Below are positions 13,630-27,630 of a stretch of DNA of 64,000 nucleotides, piece by piece. Below the pieces are notes generated by a model, which saw only the letters and a list, made by a program, of their open reading frames with translations, was not told the origin of the DNA and did not search any database. Position numbers and translations under genes: made by a program. Position 1 is the first letter of the stretch. The number at the start of each line of letters is the position of its first letter. Origin of the DNA: Macrostomum lignano. Taxonomy: Eukaryota. The stretch covers positions 124,001 to 188,000 of the forward strand of contig NIVC01001441.1 of assembly GCA_002269645.1 (NCBI GenBank). Reading direction: 5' to 3'.

Positions 13630-15298
13630 TCCGATGCAGTCCTGAGACAGTCCTGAGAATCCGATGCAGTCCTGAGATTCTCTGATGTAGTCCTGAGACT
13701 CTCCGATGCAGTCCTGAGACTCCGATGCAGTCCTGAGACTCCGATGCAGTCCTGAGACTGTCTGATGTAGTCCTGAGACTCTCTGATGTAGTCCTGAGAC
13801 TCTCCGATGCAGTCCTGAGACTCCGATGCAGTCCTGAGACTCCGATGCAGTCCTGAGACTCCGATGCAGTCCTGAGACTCTCCGATGCAGTCCTGAGACT
13901 CTCCGATGCAGTCCTGAGACTCTCCGATGCAGTCCTGAGACAGTCCTGAGACTCTCCGATGCAGTCCTGAGACAGTCCTGAGACTCTCCGATGCAGTCCT
14001 GAGACAGTCCTGAGACTCTCCGATGCAGTCCTGAGACTCTCCTATGCAGTCCTGAGACAGTCCTGAGACTCTCCGATGCAGTCCTGAGACTCCGATGCAG
14101 TTCTGAGACTCCGATGCAGTCCTGGGACTCTCCGATGCAGTCCTGAGACTCTCCGATGCAGTCCTGAGACTCTCCGATGTAGTCCTGAGACTCTCCGATG
14201 CAGTCCTGAGACAGTCCTGAGACTCTCCTATGCAGTCCTGAGACAGTCCTGAGACTCTCCGATGCAGTCCTGAGACTCCGAGACAGTCCTGAGACTCTCC
14301 TATGCAGTCCTGAGACAGTCTTGAGACTCTCCGATGCAGTCCTGAGACAGTCCTGAGACTCTCCTATGCAGTCCTGAGACAGTCCTGAGACTCTCCGATG
14401 CAGTCCTGAGACTCCGAGACAGTCCTGAGACTCTCCTATGCAGTCCTGAGACAGTCCTGAGACTCTCCGATGCAGTCCTGAGACTCCGATGCAGTCCTGA
14501 GACTCTCCGATGCAGTCCTGAGACAGTCCTGAGACTCCGATGCAGTCCTGAGACAGTCCTGAGACTCCGATGCAGTCCTGAGAATCCGATGTAGTCCTGA
14601 GATTCTCCGATGTAGTCCTGAGACTCTCCGATGTAGTCCTGAGACTCTCCGATGTAGTCCTGAGACTCTCCGATGCAGTCCTGAGACTCTCCGATGCAGT
14701 CCTGAGACAGTCCTGAGACTCCGATGCAGTCCTGAGACAGTCCTGAGACTCCGATGCAGTCCTGAGAATCCGATGTAGTCCTGAGATTCTCCGATGTAGT
14801 CCTGAGACTCTCCGATGCAGTCCTGAGACTCTCCGATGCAGTCCTGAGACTCTCCGATGCAGTCCTGAGACAGTCCTGAGACTCCGATGCAGTCCTGAGA
14901 ATCCGATGTAGTCCTGAGATTCTCCGATGTAGTCCTGAGACTCTCCGATGTAGTCCTGAGACTCTCCGATGCAGTCCTGAGACAGTCCTGAGACTCCGAT
15001 GCAGTCCTGAGACAGTCCTGAGACTCCGATGCAGTCCTGAGAATCCGATGTAGTCCTGAGATTCTCCGATGTAGTCCTGAGACTCTCCGATGCAGTCCTG
15101 AGACTCTCCGATGCAGTCCTGAGATTCTCCGATGTAGTCCTGAGACTCTCCGATGCAGTCCTGAGACTCTCCGATGCAGTCCTGAGACTCTCCGATGCAG
15201 TCCTGAGACTCCGATGCAGTCCTGAGACTCTCCGATGTAGTCTTGAGACTCTCCGATGCAGTCCTGAGACTCCGATGCAGTCCTGAGACAGTCCTGAG
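13630..15298. repeat. Satellite array B, same 19/21-bp family and orientation as 6581-8858
   Basis: Units gatgcagtcctgagact(ct)cc. Confidence 0.97.
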
Positions 15299-15826
15299 GC
15301 TCCCCCGATGGAGCTTCTCCTTGATCTATAATTCCCCTGCACATCACTTCCTTTTTCGACCTTCAAATGTACCTGAACTCGTATGTTACTATGATAGCTT
15401 CTAGCGGTACTCGTACACAAGACGCGCATTTCGAACAGAAAGTTCCTCAGCTGATAAAGTAAACAAATGAGTTGCAGATAATTTGATAATTATCAAGCGA
15501 TTTATCCCAAATCAAACCTCCCCCCAGATGCCATCCGGCATATACTGTATGAGAATCGAATTTCCACCTGCCGCCGTGCAAAGAGTGATTAATGACTGGT
15601 TGGCCGGCCTCTTATCTGTTGCGCATCATCTGCGACTGCCCTACTTGTACGAAAGGCAGCTTTCTGCTTGGCGTTGGCGGCCTCAGTTTCTTCCCACGGG
15701 CCTCTGAAATCCCCCCCCGCTCCGAAAGCTCTCTTACGAGCGTAGTAGAAATGCTACTGGAAATCTGCAAGTCGGCAAGGTTCAGTTGTTGCTGTCTCTG
15801 TAGTGCATTTTGATCTACGAGTGGAT

Positions 15827-16303
15827 CAGGAGTCAGCAAACTTTCGACTTCAAGGGCAAGATAAAGAATCCAGATCATGGCTGCGGGCCAGATAAAGAAT
15901 CCAGATCATGGCTGCGGGCCAGATAAAGAATCCAGATCATGGCTGCGGGCCAGATAAAGAATCCAGATCATGGCTGCGGGCAAGATAAAGAATCCAGATC
16001 ATGGCTGCGGGCAAGATAAAGAATCCAGATCATGGCTGCGGGCAAGATAAAGAATCCAGATCATGGCTGCGGGCAAGATAAAGAATCCAGATCATAGCTG
16101 CGGGCCAGATGAGAGTGGAAATGAGATAGAATGGGGAGAGAAGAAAGGAGTGAGATGGGAGGAGAGAGTAGAGGAGAGAAAAGAGAAGAGGAAAAGAGAG
16201 AAGAGACCTCAACCTTTGAGAGGGCTGGATTGCTATTTTAAAGTTTCAAAGGACCCGAGGGTCGGATTTAAAGGCTTCGCGGGCCGGAGTTTGCCGACCC
16301 CTG
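15827..16303. mobile_element. Non-autonomous hAT-Charlie (MER58-like) MITE with an internal 31-bp tandem expansion
   Basis: Left TIR CAGGAGTCAGCAAACT, right TIR AGTTTGCCGACCCCTG (14/16 inverted match, resembling MER58 ends); 8 copies of gataaagaatccagatcatggctgcgggcca at 15860-16107; no clear 8-bp TSD. Confidence 0.75.
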
Positions 16304-16644
16304 ATCCAGGAAAACTTTTAGATCAATTTAGGACAAATCTGCGGTTTAGACAGAACTTCTATTGACCCTTCTGTGGGCGCATCATGGGGGCGCCATCGTG
16401 AGGGCGCCAGCATCAAGGGCGCTACAGCTGCTTCAAAAGGGGGCACCTAATAACAGGGAGTGGGGACGCCATAGTTCTCCAGCCGCTGGAAAAAGCGCAT
16501 ATCAGATACTTACTCCATGGCTATTTAAAATTCGGAGGTTTGCAATTTATTTTGCAGCGAAAACCACCCGGCCTGTAACAGCTTGCACCCTCCTATACTT
16601 AAGCTGTCCATAGGAAATGCAGGTAACGCCGCTTGTGAACTGGC

Positions 16645-17007
16645 TATTTTATTAGAGAGGCAGGGGGGTTGTGTGCACCCTGGCGCACTTTAAGCGACAT
16701 AGGCACACAACCGGCGAGAGGCATTGCTGCCCATTCCGCCGACTCCCCTGAGCAGGCATACAAGCGAGCGGATACGTACGCAGGCACACACTCACACAGG
16801 AGTGTACAGCGGCCCTAACTTTATATTATCGTTAGGCATGTACACTTCACTGCGCCTTGGTGGGTTGGCTCTCAAGGCCGTTAATTGCACGAGCAGAGCC
16901 AAGCCGAGATTCCAATTCAGCCCCAAATTTATGTGACTGCACTTGGAATCGAGCCTGGGTCGCTGGCACACCAGAGCAGCTGCGCTACCGCTGGGCTACG
17001 GCCCCCC
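16645..17007 (-). mobile_element. tRNA-derived SINE, copy 2
   Basis: A box TAGCCCAGCGG, B box GGCTCGATTCC; perfect 11-bp TSD tgtgaactggc at 16634-16644 and 17008-17018. Confidence 0.88.
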
Positions 17008-18376
17008 TGTGAACTGGCGATACAAAAGGTGCATGCAAATCAGGGGACAGATAAGATTTTTTGCCCAACAACGCCGGGACAGTCAGTGCAGTTCCAGATG
17101 ATCCCCCATGACGCATCCCCCGTGCATTTTCTTTCATGATCACAAGCGCCGCGGGGTCTCCACATAAACGAATATAGATAGATCTCCTAACATCCCAGTC
17201 TGTTCCAAGTCGCACTGCAATCACCTGCCGGGGGGAGAGTCCGGGTGAGAGTGGAAGATAGGGGAAAATTGGAAGTGGCGGCCTGGTGCAGGCATGCATT
17301 ATCCTCGGTCATTACCATCGCACTGACGGCACCGAAGATCCAACAGGCTGCGCCATCTCATCTCCTTGAATGAGGTCCTACAGCAGGTTGCAAGTGTGCG
17401 ACATTTCGGTCGCCTAGGGCAAGGATTCGCAAATGTGAAAAGGACAAAGAGCATTGGATCGGACAGCCATTGGTAAATACCGTTTTATCAGCGCATTAAT
17501 CAAGTCACGGAAATGGCTTCATCATTTTATCGTTTTTACCGAGAAATTTTTCTCGTCTAAAATTTGTGTTTCTTCAATTAAGTATAATAGTAGCCCTTCG
17601 CTGGAATTGGCTTGGTTATAGTGGTATTGTAAACAACCGAAGCCGCAGTACACCCTGAGTGAGTGCGTACGCATCCGTGTACAGCGAAATGACCATGACA
17701 GACCACGCAGGCTGCAGGCGGACTGTCGCCGTGATGTGGGGCTCGTGTCCAAAGCTACGGTGATAACGGTGATGCACCCTCTAGTTTAAGTCTCCATTGT
17801 TTATTCCGTGCGATTCTGACTACTGCAAGTAGGTCAGTGTAAACAAGTGTATGGCACTTGCACTTGACGTCTTAAGTTGCAGTCTTGCAGTTGACGTCTT
17901 AGACTGGCTCCGCCAACAAAGTAGAATAATAAGGCTAATAAGTCTGACACCATATAACACTTTATAGGTTCCAGAAAAAGAGCACAATGCATTAATAAGC
18001 GCAGCCTGTCGAGACACAAAAATGTGCCAGAAAAAGCGTTCTCTGTAATTGCAACAATCATCTTTTGAAAGTAGAAAATTGTGGAAAAACTTCAACAAGA
18101 AAAAAAGATCTGGTTTAAACTAATGCAAGACTATTAATATTGCCACTGCTATATTAAACAGTTAAAAAAAATGCGCAAAACAGCGCTTGGACCTGTAGCA
18201 GGAAGAGAACTGGGGGTTGAAAAAATCCAGTTGAAGATAACAAATGCGGAATTGATAAATAGATTCCGAACAAAACGAAGCATACAGTTCGCGGCAATTC
18301 AAACAGATGTTGTGTCAACGTGCGGCTCACTCAGCTTCAGTTTGCAAGATAAGACAACAACAATCAGCCCAACGGA

Positions 18377-19804
18377 TCAATAGTAGCGACCCTGCTTGGC
18401 GGCAGCGGCAGAGTTGGGCGGCTCCGGACTGCGGCTTCGCTTGCTGGCAGCGGCGACGACAGCGGCACGGGGCGGCGGGTTCATTGGCTTGCGGAACACG
18501 TCCTGGATGCCGCCACTGCTGCTGCTGCCGCCGCCGCCGGCGCCTCCGCCGCCGCGGCCGTGTGGAGGCTGCATCAGCGGCTGAGGCGATGGCGAGCGCG
18601 AGCTGACCGGCTGGCGAAGGTAATCAGCGGTTGGCGAGCCCAGCTGCCACAGATAGTCTGACCGCGCCGGCGACGGCGGCCGAAGCGGCGGCGGTGGTGG
18701 CGGCGATAGGCGCCGTTTCTGCTGCTTTCTCAGCCGGCGCAGCATGAGGAACTCCTCCAGCCGGCGGGCGTCCTCGTCGGTGATGTCGTCCTCGCTGGCC
18801 GGGTCCTCGCCGATGCCATCATTATCTTCGTCGCTGTAGGCCTCGTAGCGAGTCTCAAATTCGTGGCGATTGCGCGGGCGGCGCGACGAGTCGCACAAGC
18901 TGACGGAGCCCGACGGCAGCCGGCGGTCGTGCTGGCGCTCGTAGTCGCGGCCAGAGCTCGAAGGATAGCCGGGTCCGCTGTCGCCAACAGCTCGGCGGTG
19001 GCGATGGCTGCGGCGGCGTTGGCCAGAGCCGCTGCTGTCCCAACGCGAATTTCTGGCCTCGGCTGCTGGCACCGGAGGCATCAAAGTGATGGCGCTGGCG
19101 CCGCTAGACTCGGCTCGGCCGGTCCGATAGTCGCTACGGCGCTTGAACACCCGATCCAGGTGGTGCGCGTTGGCCGATTTAAACAAATTATACGAATGGC
19201 CAGGCGAAACCAGGTGACCAGCGCCGGCCGTGCTGACTGGCCGCCTAGAGCTGGCGCGGCGCTGCTCATCCGGCGGCGAGTGAGTCGAATAGCGACGCAG
19301 CGAATTGGCGGACCGGTGCGGCGCCCGGCCGCTTCTGCCGCTGTGCGGGTCGAATGCAAACTGCTCAGGCGGACTGAGCGGACTCTCCTGGCGGAGCTTG
19401 TCCAGGTACACAATCGAGCTGGTAGGACTCGAGCCAAGCGAGTCTGGCGCGTCTGGCAGGTCCCGATACTGGCTGAGCTGGGAATCCCGCTTGAGCGCGA
19501 CCATCGAGTTGGCGCTGCCGCCGCCTGCCTGCGCTGCCGAGGCTGCCATCTTGGCCTCATCATTATATGGCGGCAGTGAATGTTTGCCCATCCAGCGGCG
19601 CATGTCCCGCAGGAACACGTCCAGATCGCCGCCGTGCGATGGGGCCAAGGGCCTGTAAGAAGAGGCCGACCGCCTCACCAGCTGCTGCTGCCTGTCGCTG
19701 CCTTGGGCATCGAAGGCGAGGTCAGCCAGGGAAGCGCGGTGACGCAGAGTCCTGTCCTCATCGCTCAAATGCTGAGGAGCTGGCAATTTGCTTGAGCTTG
19801 ACAT
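18377..19804 (-). CDS. Single-exon 475-aa hypothetical Ser/Arg/Pro-rich disordered protein
   Basis: ATG at 19804, long GC3-rich ORF with an abrupt change to an AT-rich upstream region; acidic stretch followed by a basic helix (EDARRLEEFLMLRRLRKQQKRR); no family recognised. Confidence 0.75.
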   Translation of the reverse strand: MSSSSKLPAPQHLSDEDRTLRHRASLADLAFDAQGSDRQQQLVRRSASSYRPLAPSHGGDLDVFLRDMRRWMGKHSLPPYNDEAKMAASAAQAGGGSANSMVALKRDSQLSQYRDLPDAPDSLGSSPTSSIVYLDKLRQESPLSPPEQFAFDPHSGRSGRAPHRSANSLRRYSTHSPPDEQRRASSRRPVSTAGAGHLVSPGHSYNLFKSANAHHLDRVFKRRSDYRTGRAESSGASAITLMPPVPAAEARNSRWDSSGSGQRRRSHRHRRAVGDSGPGYPSSSGRDYERQHDRRLPSGSVSLCDSSRRPRNRHEFETRYEAYSDEDNDGIGEDPASEDDITDEDARRLEEFLMLRRLRKQQKRRLSPPPPPPLRPPSPARSDYLWQLGSPTADYLRQPVSSRSPSPQPLMQPPHGRGGGGAGGGGSSSSGGIQDVFRKPMNPPPRAAVVAAASKRSRSPEPPNSAAAAKQGRYY

Positions 19805-21741
19805 TTTAGTCTTTTATTGTCTTCAAAGCTGCTTGACTTGGCTTTGTTGCTTATTTTCTATCAGAACTTACTGAAAATTAAATAGAAGGCTTCTTACTCA
19901 TCATGATTATAGCAAAAAATAACTAAACTTCACTTTTGTTTCTTTGCTATAAGAATAAATAAAGAAATAAAACTAAAACAATACAAAAATTAATTTAAAT
20001 AAATATGTAACCAAGAATTACTCAATACTTGTATGATTAATTAAAGAAAAACAAGCAAAAAATTCTAGCCTTCAGCACTATTTATTTTAGAAGTCAATTT
20101 CAACTAAAAACACTGAAATTCAAATAAACCAGTTTCAAATATTTTGAATTTAGATCAAATAATTTTCTTATACCAGTATATATACCAACAGTTTTGCATA
20201 TATTAAAACTATCTACTGAAAATCAAACTAAATTAAATTTTTAATATTGAATTTTTGTTTAATGACCAATGGCAATAAATCCACCATAGAGCATAGATAT
20301 TCTTAATTTACAATCATAAGCATAACCTTTTATTATTGAATGCTTTGGAATTAGTATTATTTAGCTAGGCACTACAAGTAGAACTAAGTAATAAAAAGAA
20401 AATCAATGACAATTGATACATTCATAACTTTATTCCATTCTTTGTTGTTTATTCTGTCATTTAAAATAGCATATAACAAGGGTATAAGTGCATTTCAAAA
20501 AGTGTTAGGTCGATTAGGATTGATGGAATGTAGGTCCCTATTAAAAGCAAGAATTAGATTTTCAGATATTTATTACACTATAGTAAAGATAGGCACAATA
20601 ATCCTTGTCTTCGAAAAATTAATCCCATTGCCCTCTTATTTTATATTCTCACCACACATATACTATAGATTGTTGCAAAAATATTTTAAAAGTAGAATAA
20701 AAATTAGAACTATTAAAAATTGATAACCCCTAGTGATTACAAAATACACATAAGTAATACAGCACATATTTACTATTAGTTTAAAACTATGCCATGAATT
20801 GGTAGAATAACTAATAATTCAACTAGAAATGCGATAAATCAACTATATCGTTTATACTTAATTTTAAGGTACAATTTTTCAAGTGGAAGGCATAACATTG
20901 TAATGATAAAAAAATACAGAACCCAACAAGAATCTATATATACCGAATACTGAACACTTATGTTTTCGGGTACTGTCGGGGAAATGGAAGATTTATAGAA
21001 CTCGCTGTGCCACAGTAGAGTGTAGGATTAACTTGTTACAGCGATAATTGTCATGATATATACGAGTTAATAATCAGTTTTCACATAAAACAATATAAAT
21101 CATCAGCAAGACGCTGACGCTATACGCTTTTGAATTTCATACGACAATATACCAAGCACATCCATAAAGCATATCTATCAAGTATTCATTAAAAACTAGA
21201 TAAACTTGTAAGAATCGAATCGAATCGTGCGGTCGTGGCACCGCGAGCACATTTTTTTTATTTTCGTGCCTCCTAAACTGTACAGAATTTTTAGCATGTT
21301 TGTTTGGTGCATTGAATAAAGAACCTACAGGAAGTAAATTTTGTTTCTTTATTAAAATCTGTAAAAGTTTTATTACATCGACAGATTGTTGTATTTTTGC
21401 ATCATTTGTTTTTTCTCGGCATTTTATTTGCATTAGATCGCACAGAAATAAAAGTGTAGGAAGCGATCAGTTTCGCAGAAAAAGGGTTACCATCGCTTAA
21501 CACATCGTAGACGTATATTGACAAGCAACGTCAGTGAACACGAACGAGATGCACCTTACATCCAACAGTATATCGAGGAATTGGAATCAGATTAGATCTT
21601 AGTTTTATAGTTGATCTACCCCAGCTAGGTACTATTACCTATGTACCATGTCCATAGGATATTGTCCCAATAGTTAAAGTTTCAGCAAAATTTTACCTTA
21701 CAAGTTCCATAAAATTATCTTTTTATATTTTACTTCAAAAC

Positions 21742-24700
21742 ATGGCTTATTATTGCGACTCACCCACATGTGCATCATGCTGTTTGAAGACGGTTTCAGT
21801 TACAGTGACAATGATTTTGATGGTAAGTGTTTTATATCTTATCAAAAATATTTTTTGTTATCTAGTTAAGGGTCAAAGACAAGATTTTTTAGTTAAATCA
21901 ATTAAAAATATGCTAAGGAGAAAAAATGGCACTTGCATTTAATTTAACATTTTAATGTATACATTTAAGTCAGTTGATAGATAATACTTAGATGTTGTAT
22001 ATTGTATATTGATATCTATATGGCTATATCTATCTATATTCATATTGCCATTATATTTTACTTAAAAGTTATAAATAGATACTAAGAATAAATTGAAGTA
22101 ATAAGAATCCCAACCAACCTTCCATTTTTTGTAGAAAAGGCAAGCCAAGACATTAGTGTTACATTATTTATTTATTAAACTAGTAACAATAGCATATTTG
22201 AATAATTATACTAATTCATTGTGCTAATATATATTTTAATGGTTATAATTGCTTTATACAGTATGGATATATTGACATTTGTAAAAGAGCTATTATCTCC
22301 TTCTTTTTCCCTCCTCATTTTGTAATAAGGTTAAGACTAGCTTTGGCAAAGTTAAATGTTTTTTATTTTTAAACTGCTTCCCTAGTGTTTATCTAATTTA
22401 TATTGCAATGGTACTAGAAAAGAATAGATTAAAACCTAGATAAAAAGAGAAAGTTGCTTAGTTTTCATATTGAATTTGCTATATTTTTGGTAGACTAGAC
22501 ATTAGAGCAAAATCTGGATAATTCAATAGATATAAAAATAATAAGGCATTTTTATAATTTTCTGGTTTTAGTCTAGATATTGGTCTTGATTCTTGATAAC
22601 CCAATTGACAAAATAGTTCAAAAACTAGCTCTTTATATAAGAATACCTCCAAAACTAGATGACTGAAATGAAAGTTGGGTGAAATCCAGACCTAAATAGG
22701 ATAGAAAAAGCAAAAAAAAAATAAATTCTTTAAGGATATTGTCTGTAGTCTCTAACTTAAGTAATTGTAAACTATACAAATATAGTTCTCTAGAAAGTAT
22801 TTGTTTTAGCAAAGGTTACATTTGATCAATATTTTCCAACAAAAAATCACCTATTATATCTTTTAACTAATTTAGAAAGATCTAAAAGCTGATTAAAAAT
22901 TCTTTATGACGACTAAAATAAAATTATTCTTTGTTTAACTATTTAAATATAATAATGACAATTAAACAGTAAGAAAAGTTTTGGAACTTTACTTGGACAA
23001 TTTACTCTGTCATTGACAAAATCTACTTTTCTTCCACCCAGGCCATCTGTGTTGAGCGGCTGGTGCTGGATCTGCTTGGCTACCAGTGGACGGGCTGCAT
23101 CTTCGACTTCGCCACTCTCCTCAGCTGCCTGTTCGCCGTGGCAGCCGTCTGCAGCTGCGGCCGGGCTTCTGCTACGCTGTTGGCGCCTGGCTGCTGGCCT
23201 GGCTCGGCTGGAACGCCTTCCTGATCTGCTTCTACCTGGACGTCGACGGCCTGCAGGAGCGGGCGGCCAGCGTGCTGCACTGGGGCACTGGCAAGACCAG
23301 CTACTGGCGAAAGCTGCTGATTGGCTGCTCAGATTATCGGCTGCAGCTGCGGCTTCCGGTTGCGTTGCTAGGCAACCAGAATAACGGCACAGATAGTTCC
23401 GCTTTGTGGTGCCTGGTGGATTATCGAACAGCCGAGCTGCTGCACTGCGCAGCGGGGGGCGGCGCCGCCCTGCTCAGCATCCTGCTGCTCTGCTGCCTCG
23501 CCTGCCAGCTGCGCGAGGAGCTGCGCAAATTCGAACGGCCCGGCGGCCCCGCCTCCGCCTACCTGCCCGTGTCGGCCAACTCCAGCTTTGTGAAGATCCG
23601 GCCAGGCCGCCGGATGATGCGCCGGCCCGGCGACCACCCCGAGGCCAGCCTGTCCGACGCCGCCGCGGCCGCGGCTGCCGCCAGCTACGCCGACAATTCG
23701 CTGGGCCGCCGCTCGGCCGGCAGTCGTCGGAGCAGCGTCATGCGCGACCCCCTGCCCTGGGTTGAGCTTCAGGTGACCGGCGCGCCGCCGCAACAGCAGC
23801 AGCCGCCGCCACTGCGAGTCAACAGCGACGAGGGAGAGGCCAGCGAGTTCATCGACGACGCCCGGCCGCCGCCCTACACGGCCGGGTCCAATTACCCGCG
23901 GCACCGGCCGCCGCAGCAGCAGGCGAGAAGGCGGCACCGCAGCGCCGGCAGCAGCGGCCGCAAGCGCAAAAGTCGCAGGCGGGCAGCGGCGGCTCCTCAA
24001 GCGGCGCCAACTGGCGCTGGCGCCGCCGTTAGTCTCACCGCTGCGTCGATTCCTCGGCCATCGTCGGCTATTGGTTTCCATGACAACCTGGCCTACGCTA
24101 GGGACGATGAACTAGATGATCCACCGCCGCCTCCTCCGCCGCCTGTTCAGCAGCTGCCGAAGCTGCCACAGTTCAATCCGACAGCCGGCGGCGGCGGAGT
24201 CGTGAACCGGACCTTCCGCCTGTCCTCCGAGTCCGTGCCTGGCGGCCCAGCCACGCCCTGCGCGTCTGGCGCCGCTCCGATCTTCCGGCAGCAGCAGCAG
24301 CCGCCGTTTGCCCAGCTGGGCGATGACGAAGAATTTCCGCCGCCTCCGTCTCCGGCGCTGTTCCAGCCGCCGGTGTCTCAGCCGCCCCCGCCGCCGACTC
24401 AGCAGCAGCAACAGCAGCAGCCAACTGGGACTTCGGCTCAGCAGCGGCTGTTCAGCCCTCAGCAGCAGCAGCAGCACAGCATTCACAGGCCATTGCGCAA
24501 TCAGCAGCCCGCCGCCGCCGCTGTTTCGAGTTCCCGCAGTCGAGCTCCCATCTCACCCGATGCAGCGTTTTCAGGCCTCGACCAGCTTGACGGCGGCGAC
24601 GCCAGGCTGAGCACCCACGGCCAGCAGCAGCCGCCGCCGCACCTCAGCCGCTCCTCTGCCGAGCAGAAGCCAATCTTTGTCAGCACGAGAAGCGAGGCGG

Positions 24701-24915
24701 CCGCGGCTGCGGCTGTTGCGGCTGCTGCCGCTTCGGCATCTTCCACTGCCGCAGTTGGCGGGCCAGCCTTTGGTCACGTGACCTCGCCTCGGGCCAGCCT
24801 GCCTCGCCATCCGTCATATCGAAGCGCCACGTCTCCAGGAGTCGGAGGCGGCGGCGGCGGAGGAGATGCAGGAGTTTTTATCGGAGGCGTTCACGGCAGC
24901 TCTGTGCTCATCTGA
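21742..24915 (+). CDS. NKAIN: Na+/K+-ATPase-interacting (NKAIN) family protein with a long C-terminal tail; 1-nt frameshift near 23150
   Basis: Exon 1 21742-21822 (MAYYCDSPTCASCC...MILM|gtaagt); exon 2 from 23042 (ccacccag|AICVERLVLDLLGYQW, cf. NKAIN VCVLERQIFDFLGYQW); after the shift, QLRPGF..AWLLAWLGWNAFLICFYLDV (cf. WLVLWVGWNAFIICFYLEV) and WCLVDYRTAE (cf. GCLLDYPYIE); stop at 24915. Confidence 0.85.
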
Positions 24916-26149
24916 GCCGCCCTAGCAACCAAATCTTGCCAGTGATTGCTTGTTTAACAATTACTAGCTACTACCCTGACAAGTAGTTTGTGCGGACATG
25001 TAACTCGCATCATTTTTAGAGTTTTCAAATGCCTCCCGCTTTTACGCGTGGCGCCTTGTTGGAAATGAATTTACATGTCTTAGTGTACTTTTATAAAACC
25101 TTTGTACATTACTTATTTCACCTACTGTACATACTTGTACCTGTATAAACACATGTAAAGTGCAGCCAACTTGTGTCTGCAATCGAATTCTTATATATTG
25201 TTCCAGGAATGTGATATTATTACATTTGGATTTTAAGTGGCTTTTTTATCTTTACGCGATGTTTTTCAAAGCAATTTTCAGGGTCTAATTGAATATTTTG
25301 ACATATAGATATGCGCTAATGTTGCTACTTTGGTGAGTAGTATGCTGGATATTGTTGGACATTCTTTGCGATATAAAATTTTAGTTTTGATTCATTGGTT
25401 ATGAAGACGAATTGATATTTATAGTAGATGATGATTGCAACCTGTAGTTCTACTGCACCAAATTTTTTATATATTAAAATATACATATCTGTGCACTTTA
25501 CTCTGCCAAGACTGTTGAACACTGAACTGCAATTTCTTGTTTTGTAAATCTAATACGTATGTTACTATATTAAATATATTAAACATACTCGTATCTTCAA
25601 TTTTCGGATTCCTCAAATTTCTACAGTAATTTTCTCACTTTCTTTTATTTTGTGGCAAAAAATGCGTTTTTTCTACTAGCAGTTTTCTAATGAGTAGTAC
25701 GATGGCGATTTTAAAAATACTTTTATCCGCCCTAACCTTAATGATGCCATTGCATCAAACCTGTGCTAATTTGCTGCTCTGTCTGAGTCTGTCTGTTTTG
25801 TTCTGTTTTCCTGGCGGGCTGGACGTAGGGCGTGCGTGCTTTTGAGACAATTTCCACGTGTTGCATCACCGCCCCATTCTCGGCTCCCAGGCCCTGGGGC
25901 CTCTCGGTGGCAAGCATTCGGTGTCGCTGCATGTCTTCGAGTTGCGTTGCTAACGAGCCATAAATTGCGATTGACTGGCCAACTGTTGCGTAATCGCTCA
26001 AGACTGTTTGCTGAGCTGCCCGCCCACCGCTGCTCACCGTGCACAAAATGCTCAACATGAATGTATTGCATGAACAAGCGCTCGGTTGCAATGAAAATCG
26101 TTCAAGTTTCACCTCTGCTTTTCCAGGAGAATGCTCGATCTTCTAGCCC

Positions 26150-27630
<1,481 letters not shown>

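Noticed and set aside
13444-15429. 661-aa ORF
   Set aside because: Same stop-free satellite strand; the unique ends show no coding signal
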